Shown: positions 22,012 to 32,457, counted from the stretch's first letter. The stretch is 64,000 nucleotides of DNA from a virus (IMGVR_UViG_2721755344_000002:1-64000); one strand, 5' to 3'. Notes: generated by a model not told the origin, from the letters alone. Translations and numbers: made by a program.

Positions 22012-22475
22012 TCAGATTTTAATTCATCTCATTTTCCGTCATTTGAAGCTTCATTATTTCCATAAGTCTCCATCTATAATTAGATAATGCCTTTTCTATA
22101 TGTTTGCGAACTTCTTTCTCTCCGTCCCCCTTTTTAAAACATCCAGCGCCAAGTTCGATAGATTCTTTATAAGCGTCATCCAACTTAATTCTTAATTTAT
22201 GAATTTTAGCTTCTGTATTCTTAGTAGGAACTAAGTATTCTGTCATATCTTCTCGCTTATTACAAATTTAGTTTTTTGTCTGTCGTGCCATGCCTTGTGC
22301 TGGTTTTCCACTTCTTCCCTTGAAGAAATCAAGGTAGCATCCTGAACTCTAAAATTGATGTGCCTCTCCGTATCTACCGGATCGGCTTTCAAATTATCAG
22401 CATACCATTTATGAACATGCTCCCAATACTCATCTGGAATCCTGTATTTGAAATCCTCTTCTTTTGGTATTTCTT

Positions 22476-25400
22476 CTACCATTTTAGTCCCTCCAAACTT
22501 CTTTTAATACTTTTTGCCATCCCTTTAGGCCAGGGTAAATCCTTGTAAATATTCAATACTTTAACTTTACCTTTAAGTTGAGGATATTTAGATTCGACTT
22601 CTTCTATAGCTTGAAATTTTTCTTCTTCGCCAATACCTTCCTTATGAATCCATACTTCTGCAATTACGCTAAGAGGATCGTGAATATGTTTTGCCCTTAC
22701 TTCCATTTCCTTAACATAATGAGCGGTATAAATATCATCATGCTCAGAAGATTTTCCCTTAAACGTTCCAGGCTCTTGTTCCTGTAAAGCATAATTATAA
22801 TATTGAATAGGTTTTACCCAATCGGAATGCTCTACCAACTTCTTCTTATCTAAAACAAATATATGACTCCCAAATCCTAAAGATGACCAGGGAGATATCG
22901 AGCAACATGTTGTTCCCAGTGCGTGACTACTACCAGTTAAAACATGCTCATTCAAAACTTGCTTCATACTTTTATGAAAAGCTTCATTACCCACCGCTCT
23001 AAATATATAAGGTGTTTCTTCAAAAGCATTTTTCAAACTCTCATTGAACTTCTTTAATTTAGGTGCCACAACTTTAGCCTCGTAACCACCTGAGTTTTCA
23101 ATACTTTTAGCTTGAGCCCACACATTATTTATTCTATGAAAAATATCTGGAGTTATGGCTACGCTCGGTGGAGGAGATTTCTCTTTAGGTGTAGGAGCAA
23201 CAGTCTTATCTATATCAGAAGTAATATTCAGGTCAAATTCTTGAATTTTATTGCTCCAATTATCCCACTCTTCGATATGTAATTTATTATTTGAATATAT
23301 ACTTGCTACCTTATAATGATGTTTTACATTTGCATGATGATACTTTATCCAGTCCCCAGTTTTTATCATCTTTCCGTTGGGTAGTTTATAATCGGCCTGA
23401 GCCCAAGGAGCTTTTAATTGTGACTCGTGAGGTATTTGTGGAGCTTTGTGTTCAAATCCGCTAATTTTATTTTTAGTATATTCGTAACCGTGTTTGGTTA
23501 AATTCTCTTTTAACTTATCCAAAGCTTCTTTTTCAGTAGAATAAGAACCAGATGAACTAGGCAATCCTGTTGTCTTTTCAGCTATGCCATATTCCCCTTT
23601 TGAATTTTTAAATTGAAAAAATTCTAAATCCTCAAAACCAGGAATAGGAGCTAATAATTTTCCCTTCACTGCTGAATGATGAGTTCCAACCGTAGTAAAG
23701 CCTTCTTTCATAGCGGTTGTCGCTCCCTCATAGAGGGCAAATACAGTCTGTTCTTCTGCTGGAACAGCGAGAGCATATTTGTCAATCAAAACTTGCCTTC
23801 TTCCATTTAATCCAACAAGTGCCTTTAACCTCATCTCTCCAGTAAGTCCAGAATCATCCACTAATCTTTCAATATCTGCTAATTTCAAAGTACTTACTAA
23901 ATACTGTGCTTGACTTTTTATATCTGCTTCGGTAACCCCCTTAAATATCTTACCAGCTCCATGCTGGGGATTACGCATACTATCTAATTCTGGTATTGCA
24001 TTAGGATTGAACTCTTTAGGGGAACCTTGGGCACGAAACATCATTGTGCCACCATTATCCTGACGAATTAATTGACCCGTAACTGGGTTTTTAACAATAT
24101 TATCGAACGTCAAACCTGCTACATCCCAATTCATAAGATACGCATCTGCTACAAATCCATTAATCACATCTTTTGAATGCTCTTGCACATCAGTAGGAAC
24201 AGCCGCTGCTCCGTCTATCCATTCGGAAGCTATACTTAACTTACCAAAATCTTTCATCATTACTAATTCTGTCGTAGCTGTAGCAATTCCTAAATGCTGG
24301 TAAATCTTGTTTGATAATTGCTCCACTCTTGCTTGTTGCGAACCAGAATCCACTCCCTGCTTATCAGGATACGCCTTTACATAATACTTCTTACCAGTCT
24401 GTTTGTCTGTATAAACACCACCTGGATTACTTCCTAATTTTCCTTGCCCTGTTGGAACAAGATTCTCCTGAAGAATAGTCTGGGATACTTTCTCTGAAGG
24501 TTTAGAAAGTTTAGGAGGTTTAACTTTTACTTTTTCAGGCAACTCCTCTATAATTTTTACCGGTTCTAACAATTTCTCTTCTAATGATTCATATGGTTTT
24601 ACTTTTACTTCTTCTGAAACTTCCTCTGTAATATATGGAATTGGTTTCTTTCCTTTAGTATATTTAGCCTTCTCTTTAGAATACTTATACTTATTCTTTG
24701 CCCATTCATCAACTATTTTACCTAGATCATCAATTCCGGCTTGATCCTCAACATTTTTTCCTATACCTGTAATAAAAATTAACCTTGATATAGCGTTAAC
24801 CTTATTGATCTTATAATAGAAAAATTGCTTTTTAACCTGCTCAATCTCTTTATGCTGTGCATCCGTAAGTTTAGCCCATTGTTCAATACTACTATTAGAA
24901 ATACCAAGAACAGCTTCAGCAGAAAGTTTAAGCTCCCCAAGAAGTTCTTGAGGAGGAGGGGGTATTGATGCAGAAATAGGGATCTCTGCTTTCCATTCTG
25001 TTAATATCTTGTCTATCTGACTATTATCAAAACCTTTGTCCTCAAGTAATTTTATTACCTCAGCCTCTTGAATAAATTCTTTATTCTCGAGACCCATTTC
25101 CCAATCTTTTTTTAAGGCATCTAAAAAATCCTTATCGGTAACCGGTTTTAGCTCCGCCTTCAAGTGTTCTTCAGCTTCCAAAAACCCCAAGTGGAGATTG
25201 TGCATAGCTGATTTTGCTTTAAGTTCTGCGCTCCACTGGTCAGCGTAAGTTGTCGCCTCTTTAGAGCCCATATTAAATTGTGTTTTCAATTCTTGAACCG
25301 CTCCTAGGTAAGAAAAATCCCCATGTATAAAGGCGTCTTTAATGTTCTCGAGAAGAGTTTTCTGTTTCTGAATCCATTCAGCTTGGTCACTAACAGAAAT

Positions 25401-25526
25401 AGGTTGCCCTATTACATATCGGGTATGCCCTTTCACATGCTCAAGTTTACCTTTTTTAGTCCGAACAAAAGGTTTAACAGTAACATCAGATTTAGATAGG
25501 TCGTTGATAAAATGATAAGTCGTCAT
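22476..25526 (-). CDS. Polyvalent protein: RKGK leader, HipA/PI3K-like kinase domain, C-terminal ART-like domain
   Basis: LSKSDVTVKPFVRTKKGK; GSNPGG..YYVK..E..IY..NWDV..DN..DNGG; FRAV..SISP..EMEV. Confidence 0.7.
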   Translation of the reverse strand: MTTYHFINDLSKSDVTVKPFVRTKKGKLEHVKGHTRYVIGQPISVSDQAEWIQKQKTLLENIKDAFIHGDFSYLGAVQELKTQFNMGSKEATTYADQWSAELKAKSAMHNLHLGFLEAEEHLKAELKPVTDKDFLDALKKDWEMGLENKEFIQEAEVIKLLEDKGFDNSQIDKILTEWKAEIPISASIPPPPQELLGELKLSAEAVLGISNSSIEQWAKLTDAQHKEIEQVKKQFFYYKINKVNAISRLIFITGIGKNVEDQAGIDDLGKIVDEWAKNKYKYSKEKAKYTKGKKPIPYITEEVSEEVKVKPYESLEEKLLEPVKIIEELPEKVKVKPPKLSKPSEKVSQTILQENLVPTGQGKLGSNPGGVYTDKQTGKKYYVKAYPDKQGVDSGSQQARVEQLSNKIYQHLGIATATTELVMMKDFGKLSIASEWIDGAAAVPTDVQEHSKDVINGFVADAYLMNWDVAGLTFDNIVKNPVTGQLIRQDNGGTMMFRAQGSPKEFNPNAIPELDSMRNPQHGAGKIFKGVTEADIKSQAQYLVSTLKLADIERLVDDSGLTGEMRLKALVGLNGRRQVLIDKYALAVPAEEQTVFALYEGATTAMKEGFTTVGTHHSAVKGKLLAPIPGFEDLEFFQFKNSKGEYGIAEKTTGLPSSSGSYSTEKEALDKLKENLTKHGYEYTKNKISGFEHKAPQIPHESQLKAPWAQADYKLPNGKMIKTGDWIKYHHANVKHHYKVASIYSNNKLHIEEWDNWSNKIQEFDLNITSDIDKTVAPTPKEKSPPPSVAITPDIFHRINNVWAQAKSIENSGGYEAKVVAPKLKKFNESLKNAFEETPYIFRAVGNEAFHKSMKQVLNEHVLTGSSHALGTTCCSISPWSSLGFGSHIFVLDKKKLVEHSDWVKPIQYYNYALQEQEPGTFKGKSSEHDDIYTAHYVKEMEVRAKHIHDPLSVIAEVWIHKEGIGEEEKFQAIEEVESKYPQLKGKVKVLNIYKDLPWPKGMAKSIKRSLEGLKW

Positions 25527-25539
25527 TAGCTATCCTTCG

Positions 25540-26739
25540 CTATCCAACATAAGTAGTCATCTCGTACTTGCCTGAAGGCATCTTGTACCAACCCATTGCC
25601 AACATTGTATTTTTGAAAGGAGTATATATAGTATAAGGATTTTCTTTACTTCCTAGAATTTCTGCACTTCCTACAGGAGCTATTTGAAAGAAAGTCTGAG
25701 CGCTTGCTCCTAGAAAAAATCCAGACCATTCAGTACCATCTTCTTGAAGAACTACAACTCCTCGCTTTCTTAAAATATCAAAAATCTGTTCGCTTGGGAA
25801 CTCTACATGATAGGCAGACGATATATCATGCAACTCGCTATTTATATCCTTTTTAAACTTAGCATCCAAAACCTTCGGAGGCTTCTCTGTATTGTTATTC
25901 GCTTTTACTGCTTCCTTTATCTTCCACTCCTTAGTCTTTTTCATCCCCTTAGTTTCTAATTCAATATGTCGCAAAGGTTTATCTGCTACAAAAGGTTCTC
26001 CCAACTTCTCTTGTTCTTGTCTCCATTTCCAATTCTTTAATTTTTGTTTATCTTTAGGAGGGCCTTTTTTCTCCATAGCCAGAAAATGCTCAAAGTCTAA
26101 CGGTGAAGTATGCTTTACTTTTTTAGGAAATAAAGTGCTATAAGGTTCTCCTACTGGTTCTATTGATTCCAATGCAAGTCTAAGCTTCCATTGCTCGAGA
26201 GATAATTCTTTTTCATCGCCTTTCAAAGAAGCAAGATATTTTTTATATTCGTCCTGGCTATGCTCTTTAACAGAATAAGGTTCTCCAAACATTCTCCAAT
26301 TATCTATTTCTGTAACTAAATCAGTAAGTTCCTTACTTGTCACTTGCTGCTTATTCTGCATTTTATCTTTAATTACACCAAGTCTCTCTCCCAACTCGTT
26401 CTTCCACTTATCCGCTACTTTCTTTTTCTCGCTCCCAAATGAAAAAGGCTCTCCTACCTGTTCTTTTCTTTGCCTAATATTCTCGAGGAGATTCTTCTGT
26501 CTACGTTCGATTTCAGCAGCAACATCACTATGAAAGTCTTTAGTATCTGGATCTATAGAAGAACCACTAAGCAAATTTTGTAACGTAATATCTGGAAGAT
26601 GGGTAAGGTGCTCTCTTGTCTTTTCTCTTCGTCTCTGTTGTAATTTTTGTTCCCTACTAAAAGGCTTTACTCTCTCCAACCTACCTTTGCGAGTTCTTGT
26701 AAATCCCTTAACTTGAACTGATTTGATTACGTGCTTCAT
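25540..26739 (-). CDS. RKGK-leader protein with four GEP[FY] motifs
   Basis: VIKSVQVKGFTRTRKGRLERVKPFSR; GEPF/GEPY x4. Confidence 0.7.
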   Translation of the reverse strand: MKHVIKSVQVKGFTRTRKGRLERVKPFSREQKLQQRRREKTREHLTHLPDITLQNLLSGSSIDPDTKDFHSDVAAEIERRQKNLLENIRQRKEQVGEPFSFGSEKKKVADKWKNELGERLGVIKDKMQNKQQVTSKELTDLVTEIDNWRMFGEPYSVKEHSQDEYKKYLASLKGDEKELSLEQWKLRLALESIEPVGEPYSTLFPKKVKHTSPLDFEHFLAMEKKGPPKDKQKLKNWKWRQEQEKLGEPFVADKPLRHIELETKGMKKTKEWKIKEAVKANNNTEKPPKVLDAKFKKDINSELHDISSAYHVEFPSEQIFDILRKRGVVVLQEDGTEWSGFFLGASAQTFFQIAPVGSAEILGSKENPYTIYTPFKNTMLAMGWYKMPSGKYEMTTYVG

Positions 26740-27375
26740 TTCTTTTTCCTCTTTTTTCCCTTTTCTTTCCCTTTTCTTTTCTTAACTTATCAAACTCGTA
26801 AAGAATCCTTCCTCCGAAGTCTATAGCATTATCAAAATCACAAAAATAACTATCCACCTTTTTTTCAAGCATTCCGGCCAATATCATTAATTTATCCTTC
26901 TCATTTAACTCATCTAATCCTTCAATAAACTCGTCATATTCCTTTCTAGTATCTCCCATAAGAGCAATACAAAAAGCACAAAACATTTCAGCTGGATATT
27001 TATTCCCTTTACTAATGATCTGTTGCCTGATTCTTCTAGCTTCGATCAAAACTCTATCTTCCCCATTCATTTCATTCCTTATCCCCCTCATTTTTGAAAA
27101 TCAATCTTTCTAGTTCCCGAAACTTTCTTTCTTGCTCTTCCTCTTCTTCGTTGTCTAATATCCAATATCTCTGCCCGCAGGCCCCGCAAAAGAAACTACC
27201 CTTCACAGGTTGAAAAATCATCTGCTTACCGCAACTGCAAACTACATTATTTACTCCTACCATAACCTTTCTCGTAGATATATTTTACTGGTTTTTCATA
27301 CAAGTCATGCTAAACGGATACTAGGAAATCATTTATATAAAAACAATTAGCTCATTACCAAATCGTATTCCAATG

Positions 27376-27885
27376 TCAATATAATATGTTTAGCCATCTA
27401 TAATCTATCTCAAGCTGTATAGCTTGTAGCCATCCGTAGGCAGGTTCACCATACCAAGGATCCCAGTCTTTGCTTATTTCTTGCCAAGTACATCCCTGTC
27501 TTGCCTGAAAGATACCTATCAATCCTCCTGTTCTATCCTTACCACCTTCACAATGAACCCAAATAGAACTTTTGAGCGTGGATAGTAAGGTAACAGCTTG
27601 ATCTACTTCATCATAGTTAGTTGGTCCTGTTGGTCCTCCAGCTCCCCATGTAAACGAATAGTATCCTATCCCTTTCTTCCGTGCCCACTCTCTTTCATCG
27701 GGGTCCTGTTCATCCTTTACTGGAGAATCTGCTAAATTAATAATGTTACGGAATTTTGTAAGCTTATAAATGATCCACCTTCTTATTCTACCAGGCTGGC
27801 CTGAACGAACTATTTCTACTGAGCCAACCTTAACCGTGCCCATATTCTTAAACAAGTAGTTCTCAATTATTGCAATTAGTTTCAT
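27376..27885 (-). CDS. Dual-specificity/tyrosine protein phosphatase
   Basis: RSGQP, IINL, VHCEGGKDRTG (CX5R P-loop). Confidence 0.88.
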   Translation of the reverse strand: MKLIAIIENYLFKNMGTVKVGSVEIVRSGQPGRIRRWIIYKLTKFRNIINLADSPVKDEQDPDEREWARKKGIGYYSFTWGAGGPTGPTNYDEVDQAVTLLSTLKSSIWVHCEGGKDRTGGLIGIFQARQGCTWQEISKDWDPWYGEPAYGWLQAIQLEIDYRWLNILY

Positions 27886-28108
27886 TCACCAACCTTTTTC
27901 CATTCATCATACCATCTAACAAACAATACACCAAACCCAAAGAATCCTCCTAATACTAAGATAACTCCTAAGATACCTAAAACTGTATTCATTCTTTACC
28001 CCCTTTCCCTGTAATGCAAGATTCACCGCAATCGCCTTCTCATGATATTCAGCTCTGATGGAGTTGGTAGCGAAGTTGGTAATTGTCTCTTTTTAGCTGG
28101 CTTTTTCA

Positions 28109-28486
28109 TTAAATTTTCCTATAATTTCCTACGGCAAAAGGTCTTTCACCATAAAGATAAGACTCATCTTTCTTGCTTTTTCTTTTCAAAAAATATCGCC
28201 TGCCTCCTTGCTCAATTACCTTCCACGGAGCTCTCTTTTTTCTAGCTTTGATATCTTTAGCTCCCGAGGTTCTAGCTTTGGAAATGTTATCTGTATTTTC
28301 TTCTCTACGTCTTTCTGCCAAATCTCGCATTCTCTCCTGCTTCGGAGTTGTTTCTCCTGATTCATCACTTTCTTTCTTCTTTGAGGCTTTTTCCTCCTCG
28401 CCCATTCCCCCGCTACGAGCCATGCGGAATATAGGCTTAACACCTTTCTTTAGATCAAACAACTCATCAATTGAATAAACTTTCAT
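28109..28486 (-). CDS. Small basic protein of the cargo block
   Basis: SIDELFDLKKG and SKARTSGAKDIKARKKR motifs shared with neighbouring ORFs. Confidence 0.55.
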   Translation of the reverse strand: MKVYSIDELFDLKKGVKPIFRMARSGGMGEEEKASKKKESDESGETTPKQERMRDLAERRREENTDNISKARTSGAKDIKARKKRAPWKVIEQGGRRYFLKRKSKKDESYLYGERPFAVGNYRKI

Positions 28487-28495
28487 TCGGGCCTC

Positions 28496-31400
28496 CTATT
28501 TTTTTGGAACCATTTTTTCAGCCATTTTTTCAGCCAGTTTGTAGGCATAATCTCTTCCTTCATTGCCCGAACTGGATAGAATTCTGCGAATACTTGGACT
28601 ATCTCTGTATAATCCCTTCAATTTAGCACTAAATTGAGAACTAAACTTTTTATGTTCTTCTGGATTTAGACCATGTCGCTGTAAAACCGTCTCTGCAATT
28701 AACCAGGGCATAAGTGCTGTGTCTTTACTGAAACCACCGCCTTTTGGGCCTGGTAGCGTTTTACGCCTATGAGCTGTTACCATTTTGCCTTGACGTTGCT
28801 GTATCCACTGTTGCTTGTGCTCTGGTTTAGCTTTCTCTAAACTAACTACATACTTCTCTCCACTCGTAACTGACTTATTGAAACTCAAATATAATCCTGT
28901 TTCTCTTTCAAACAGTTCTTTCAAATCTTCCCAATAAATATCCTTGTGCTCACTCAACTTCTTATAAATATCATTGATATCAAAATCCCCTGACATCAAT
29001 TTAGCCATTCCTGCTTTTCTCCCAAACTCTACTGTATAAGTATCGTCTGGTTCGAGAGTAACTTTGCAATAGTTTGGCCCTTTTCTATTCGGAAACTCGA
29101 AACTCACACCACTTGGAAGCGCTATAAAGTTCTTAGCTCCTGTCATAGTCTTAATCTTTCCGGCCCCACCACCAAGTTGAAGAAGAATAGTATTAGCTAC
29201 CTGCATCCTTTCTTCGTGAGAAGTATTCTCTAATGTCTTGAAAGGTTCCCCCAAATTCTCTTTTACATATTGACTAATATCGTCCCAAACACTAATAGGA
29301 ATATTATCTCGAGCCGCTGTGTCCATATCCAAAGCTCTATTATAAGCTCCTTCGTAATCTTCTCTTTTCCAAAGATCATAAATCTTTTGCAAATTTTTAG
29401 CGTCATTTACCAACATATCTCGCATCTCTTTAGCATCTTCTTTACCATATTCCTTTTCTGCATTGCGAGCTTCGTCCTTCACCAATGCAATAGCCCGATC
29501 AAACTCTCTTACCATTTTATCATATCGAGGATCACGAGCTTGTCTGCTAAAACCCTTAACTCTCTCCATTTTTCCTTTACGAGTTCTAACAAATGGCTTG
29601 ACTTGCTGAGTTGCCTTTTCCATAACCCCTATAGGAACTTCTTTACCAAAATCCTTTTGCTCGTACAAATCGCTTATTGTAACTAACCTACCTTTGCTTG
29701 ACATATCTCCCTTCCTTAATTCAAGAGCTTCATCCAAAGACAGCAAACTCTTCTTTACTTTAGAGCTGGTAGCTGTTAAAGTTTTTGGAAACTCTTGTTG
29801 CCAATATTCGTTTACGCTACTATATCCCTTCTCTTTAGCATCCCTTAATTCTGATTCGCTAAATTCAACTAAGTCTTTGTAATCTTTAAATTCCCAATCG
29901 CTGCTAATTTCAAGTTTATTAAGAGCATCTCTCATTTGTTTAACTGCATTATCATCAATAATAGTATTGCTCATATCCACTAATCTAGTAATTCTAGTTT
30001 TGATTTCGTCTAATTCAAGTATTTCGTCCCTACTTCTTCTTTTAGTTTCGGATGTTCCTCCTCTGGCATCTTCTTCAGCTTCTTCATATTCATCATCTGG
30101 TACTTCAGCAGAAGCTAGTCCGCTTGTACTAATTGGTTCTCCTAATTTCTTTATACCTAACTGAGCCATCGACCTGTCCGTAATATCTAAAACTGCCTGA
30201 TTTGTTTCTTTGGAATATCCTGGTTTAACTTTCTCTTTCATAAACCCAAAGAAATCAGGTTCTTCCAACCCTCCTATATTCTTTACCTTTTCTCTTAACT
30301 CATCGGAAAAATCCTCAACATCGAAGTCGTCAAAATCCTCTTCGCTGTTCCCTTTTCTCCAATTCTTCCACCACATTTCCGACCAGTTCTGTAGTTCTTT
30401 TTCCTTCTCTTCCATATTTTCAGGAAAATAATGTTCTGTTATCAAGCCAACAATTTCTTCTAAAACACCGCTATCATCCATAAGTTCTCCACTCTGACCG
30501 TCTTCGTCCGGCTTTGTATATGCTGGTGTTATAGGAAATCTATCTTTATAAGATGGATCACCAACTATATCTTTAATCGAATATTCTGCTATCTCCCTAC
30601 CAGATATTCCAGAAAAGGGTTCCCCAAGAGTTTTATCCTGTTGATCTACAACATTGGGTTTCTTAAAAAGTTTATTTGCTTCCGCAAACCTAGACCTTCT
30701 CGACATTGGAAATACACTTGGAGGACCGCTCACATCTGTAAACGTCGGTCTCTTTGCTCTTTCCCAAGCATCGGCTTTCTGGTTAGCAATAAAACTTGGC
30801 TTAAATGGTTCTCCAATTTTCTGTTTAATAACATAAGCAATATCCCTAGTATGAGGCTTAACTCTTTCCAACTTACCCTTACGAGTCCTCGTAAAACCTT
30901 TGACCTGAGCTTTCTCTAGAGGAGCAGTTCTTCCAAAAACTTCTATTCTAAAATCTCCACCATATCCGTCAAATTGTGGTTTAGTATCGTACTTGTCTTT
31001 ATAATAAGTTTTTTTAGGAACTTCGATTTCATTTACATCCATACCCATTTTCTTAGCCATCCTCTTTATTTCGTTAGCAATAACTATAGGTTTAACTTCG
31101 TATTCCCAAGGAACTTTCTTAAAATTTCTTTTTGAACTTGAACCCATCTTTGAGATTTTGGGATGAATAAAAATAGTTCCTTCTTCAGCGGTTGATGGAG
31201 TATAGTCATCTAACGCAGAACTTTCTACTCCCTTAATATCTTTTAATGCAGAAGCAAAATTCTGCATTGACTTAACTCTTGATTCTCTTTCCTCGCCTTT
31301 TAGTTTTTGGGTTGTCTCTTTCTCTTCCGCAGTTTCTTCTCTCCAAGGCATGGATAATTGTGTAGAATAAGGTTCTCCAAATTTACCAGAGTGAGTTCTC

Positions 31401-31630
31401 TCCCATTTAAGATGCTCTTTTGTGGGGTCAAATTTTTTTCTTTTCATAAATTCTTTTCTTGCCTCTTTCTTACTTATCCCATAATCCTTTGCTACCTGAT
31501 GTACAGTAGCTTCGTGAGTAGCAGATGGATATTTACCCTGTCTGGTAAATGCTTTGACCTGTTCTATTTTACCTTTTCTTGTTCGAGAAAACGGTTTGAC
31601 CCTCTGTTCGCTCTTTACTATGTATTTCAT
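28496..31630 (-). CDS. Large modular protein with three RKGK leaders and five GEP motifs
   Basis: VKPFSRTRKGK, VKGFTRTRKGK, VKPFVRTRKGK; GEP[YFI] x5; ANTILLQLGG..MTGAKNF..DDTY..FERETGLYLS phage domain. Confidence 0.72.
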   Translation of the reverse strand: MKYIVKSEQRVKPFSRTRKGKIEQVKAFTRQGKYPSATHEATVHQVAKDYGISKKEARKEFMKRKKFDPTKEHLKWERTHSGKFGEPYSTQLSMPWREETAEEKETTQKLKGEERESRVKSMQNFASALKDIKGVESSALDDYTPSTAEEGTIFIHPKISKMGSSSKRNFKKVPWEYEVKPIVIANEIKRMAKKMGMDVNEIEVPKKTYYKDKYDTKPQFDGYGGDFRIEVFGRTAPLEKAQVKGFTRTRKGKLERVKPHTRDIAYVIKQKIGEPFKPSFIANQKADAWERAKRPTFTDVSGPPSVFPMSRRSRFAEANKLFKKPNVVDQQDKTLGEPFSGISGREIAEYSIKDIVGDPSYKDRFPITPAYTKPDEDGQSGELMDDSGVLEEIVGLITEHYFPENMEEKEKELQNWSEMWWKNWRKGNSEEDFDDFDVEDFSDELREKVKNIGGLEEPDFFGFMKEKVKPGYSKETNQAVLDITDRSMAQLGIKKLGEPISTSGLASAEVPDDEYEEAEEDARGGTSETKRRSRDEILELDEIKTRITRLVDMSNTIIDDNAVKQMRDALNKLEISSDWEFKDYKDLVEFSESELRDAKEKGYSSVNEYWQQEFPKTLTATSSKVKKSLLSLDEALELRKGDMSSKGRLVTISDLYEQKDFGKEVPIGVMEKATQQVKPFVRTRKGKMERVKGFSRQARDPRYDKMVREFDRAIALVKDEARNAEKEYGKEDAKEMRDMLVNDAKNLQKIYDLWKREDYEGAYNRALDMDTAARDNIPISVWDDISQYVKENLGEPFKTLENTSHEERMQVANTILLQLGGGAGKIKTMTGAKNFIALPSGVSFEFPNRKGPNYCKVTLEPDDTYTVEFGRKAGMAKLMSGDFDINDIYKKLSEHKDIYWEDLKELFERETGLYLSFNKSVTSGEKYVVSLEKAKPEHKQQWIQQRQGKMVTAHRRKTLPGPKGGGFSKDTALMPWLIAETVLQRHGLNPEEHKKFSSQFSAKLKGLYRDSPSIRRILSSSGNEGRDYAYKLAEKMAEKMVPKK

Positions 31631-31659
31631 TTTTTTCTCCTTAAAAAGTGTCGGAAGTT

Positions 31660-32457
31660 TTATTCTGGTTTCCGTCCCAGCTCTAAATTTAATGCTATGA
31701 ATTTATCAATGACGGATGCACCAGCATCTATACGTCTTTTTAGACGATACAAGCCTGGCGTTTCGGTCACAACAGCTCGAGGCACTCCAAGGTGGAACAT
31801 CCAATCCTCGAATGAGCCGTCACAATGTCTGAAAACTACACCATCTTTAACAATCGGACCGGTTGCCGAACCGTCCGATGCGTCAATCTCTACATGAACT
31901 CCATCGAGAGCTTTGCGAAAATGCTTGCCAAGCTCCTCCCTAATCCCAGTAGTAAATGCTCCAGGCTTTTTACTTTTCTCAAAAGTATAAAGATAAAAAG
32001 CATTTTCTCTGATATCTTCGTGCAAGGATAGAAACCCATCCTCGGCTAATGGTTTTAGTAAATCAATATTAGTAATTAGTATTTTACCCTCTCTGGAAGC
32101 AACTTCACCTCTTTCTGGGTGACAAAATCCGCAATTAGTTTTCTCACCAGGGATGGCGTATCTCATATTCTTCGCAAAACCTATTGGATTAACTATCGGA
32201 ATAAAAGACAAATCCACTTTTCGCAAAGTTTGTTGGTCGCAATTCTTCATCCACTTCAAGATTGCATACGGTCCTGCTTTCTCCTCTCCGTGAAATCCTG
32301 CTACTACTAACATCTTAGGGTCTGAATGTTCTGCATTAGAACGGCTTCTCACCAACCATATCTGACGTCCGTCCACTTCTCCCAAAGCACAAAGGAAAAA
32401 GCGTTTCTGTGCCGATATGCTAAAAATGTCTTGCATAAATTTACGAATAGCTGCCAT
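31660..32457 (-). CDS. M14-family zinc carboxypeptidase / succinylglutamate desuccinylase-like
   Basis: AGFHGEE, VNP.G, LSLHED, TETP. Confidence 0.85.
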   Translation of the reverse strand: MAAIRKFMQDIFSISAQKRFFLCALGEVDGRQIWLVRSRSNAEHSDPKMLVVAGFHGEEKAGPYAILKWMKNCDQQTLRKVDLSFIPIVNPIGFAKNMRYAIPGEKTNCGFCHPERGEVASREGKILITNIDLLKPLAEDGFLSLHEDIRENAFYLYTFEKSKKPGAFTTGIREELGKHFRKALDGVHVEIDASDGSATGPIVKDGVVFRHCDGSFEDWMFHLGVPRAVVTETPGLYRLKRRIDAGASVIDKFIALNLELGRKPE

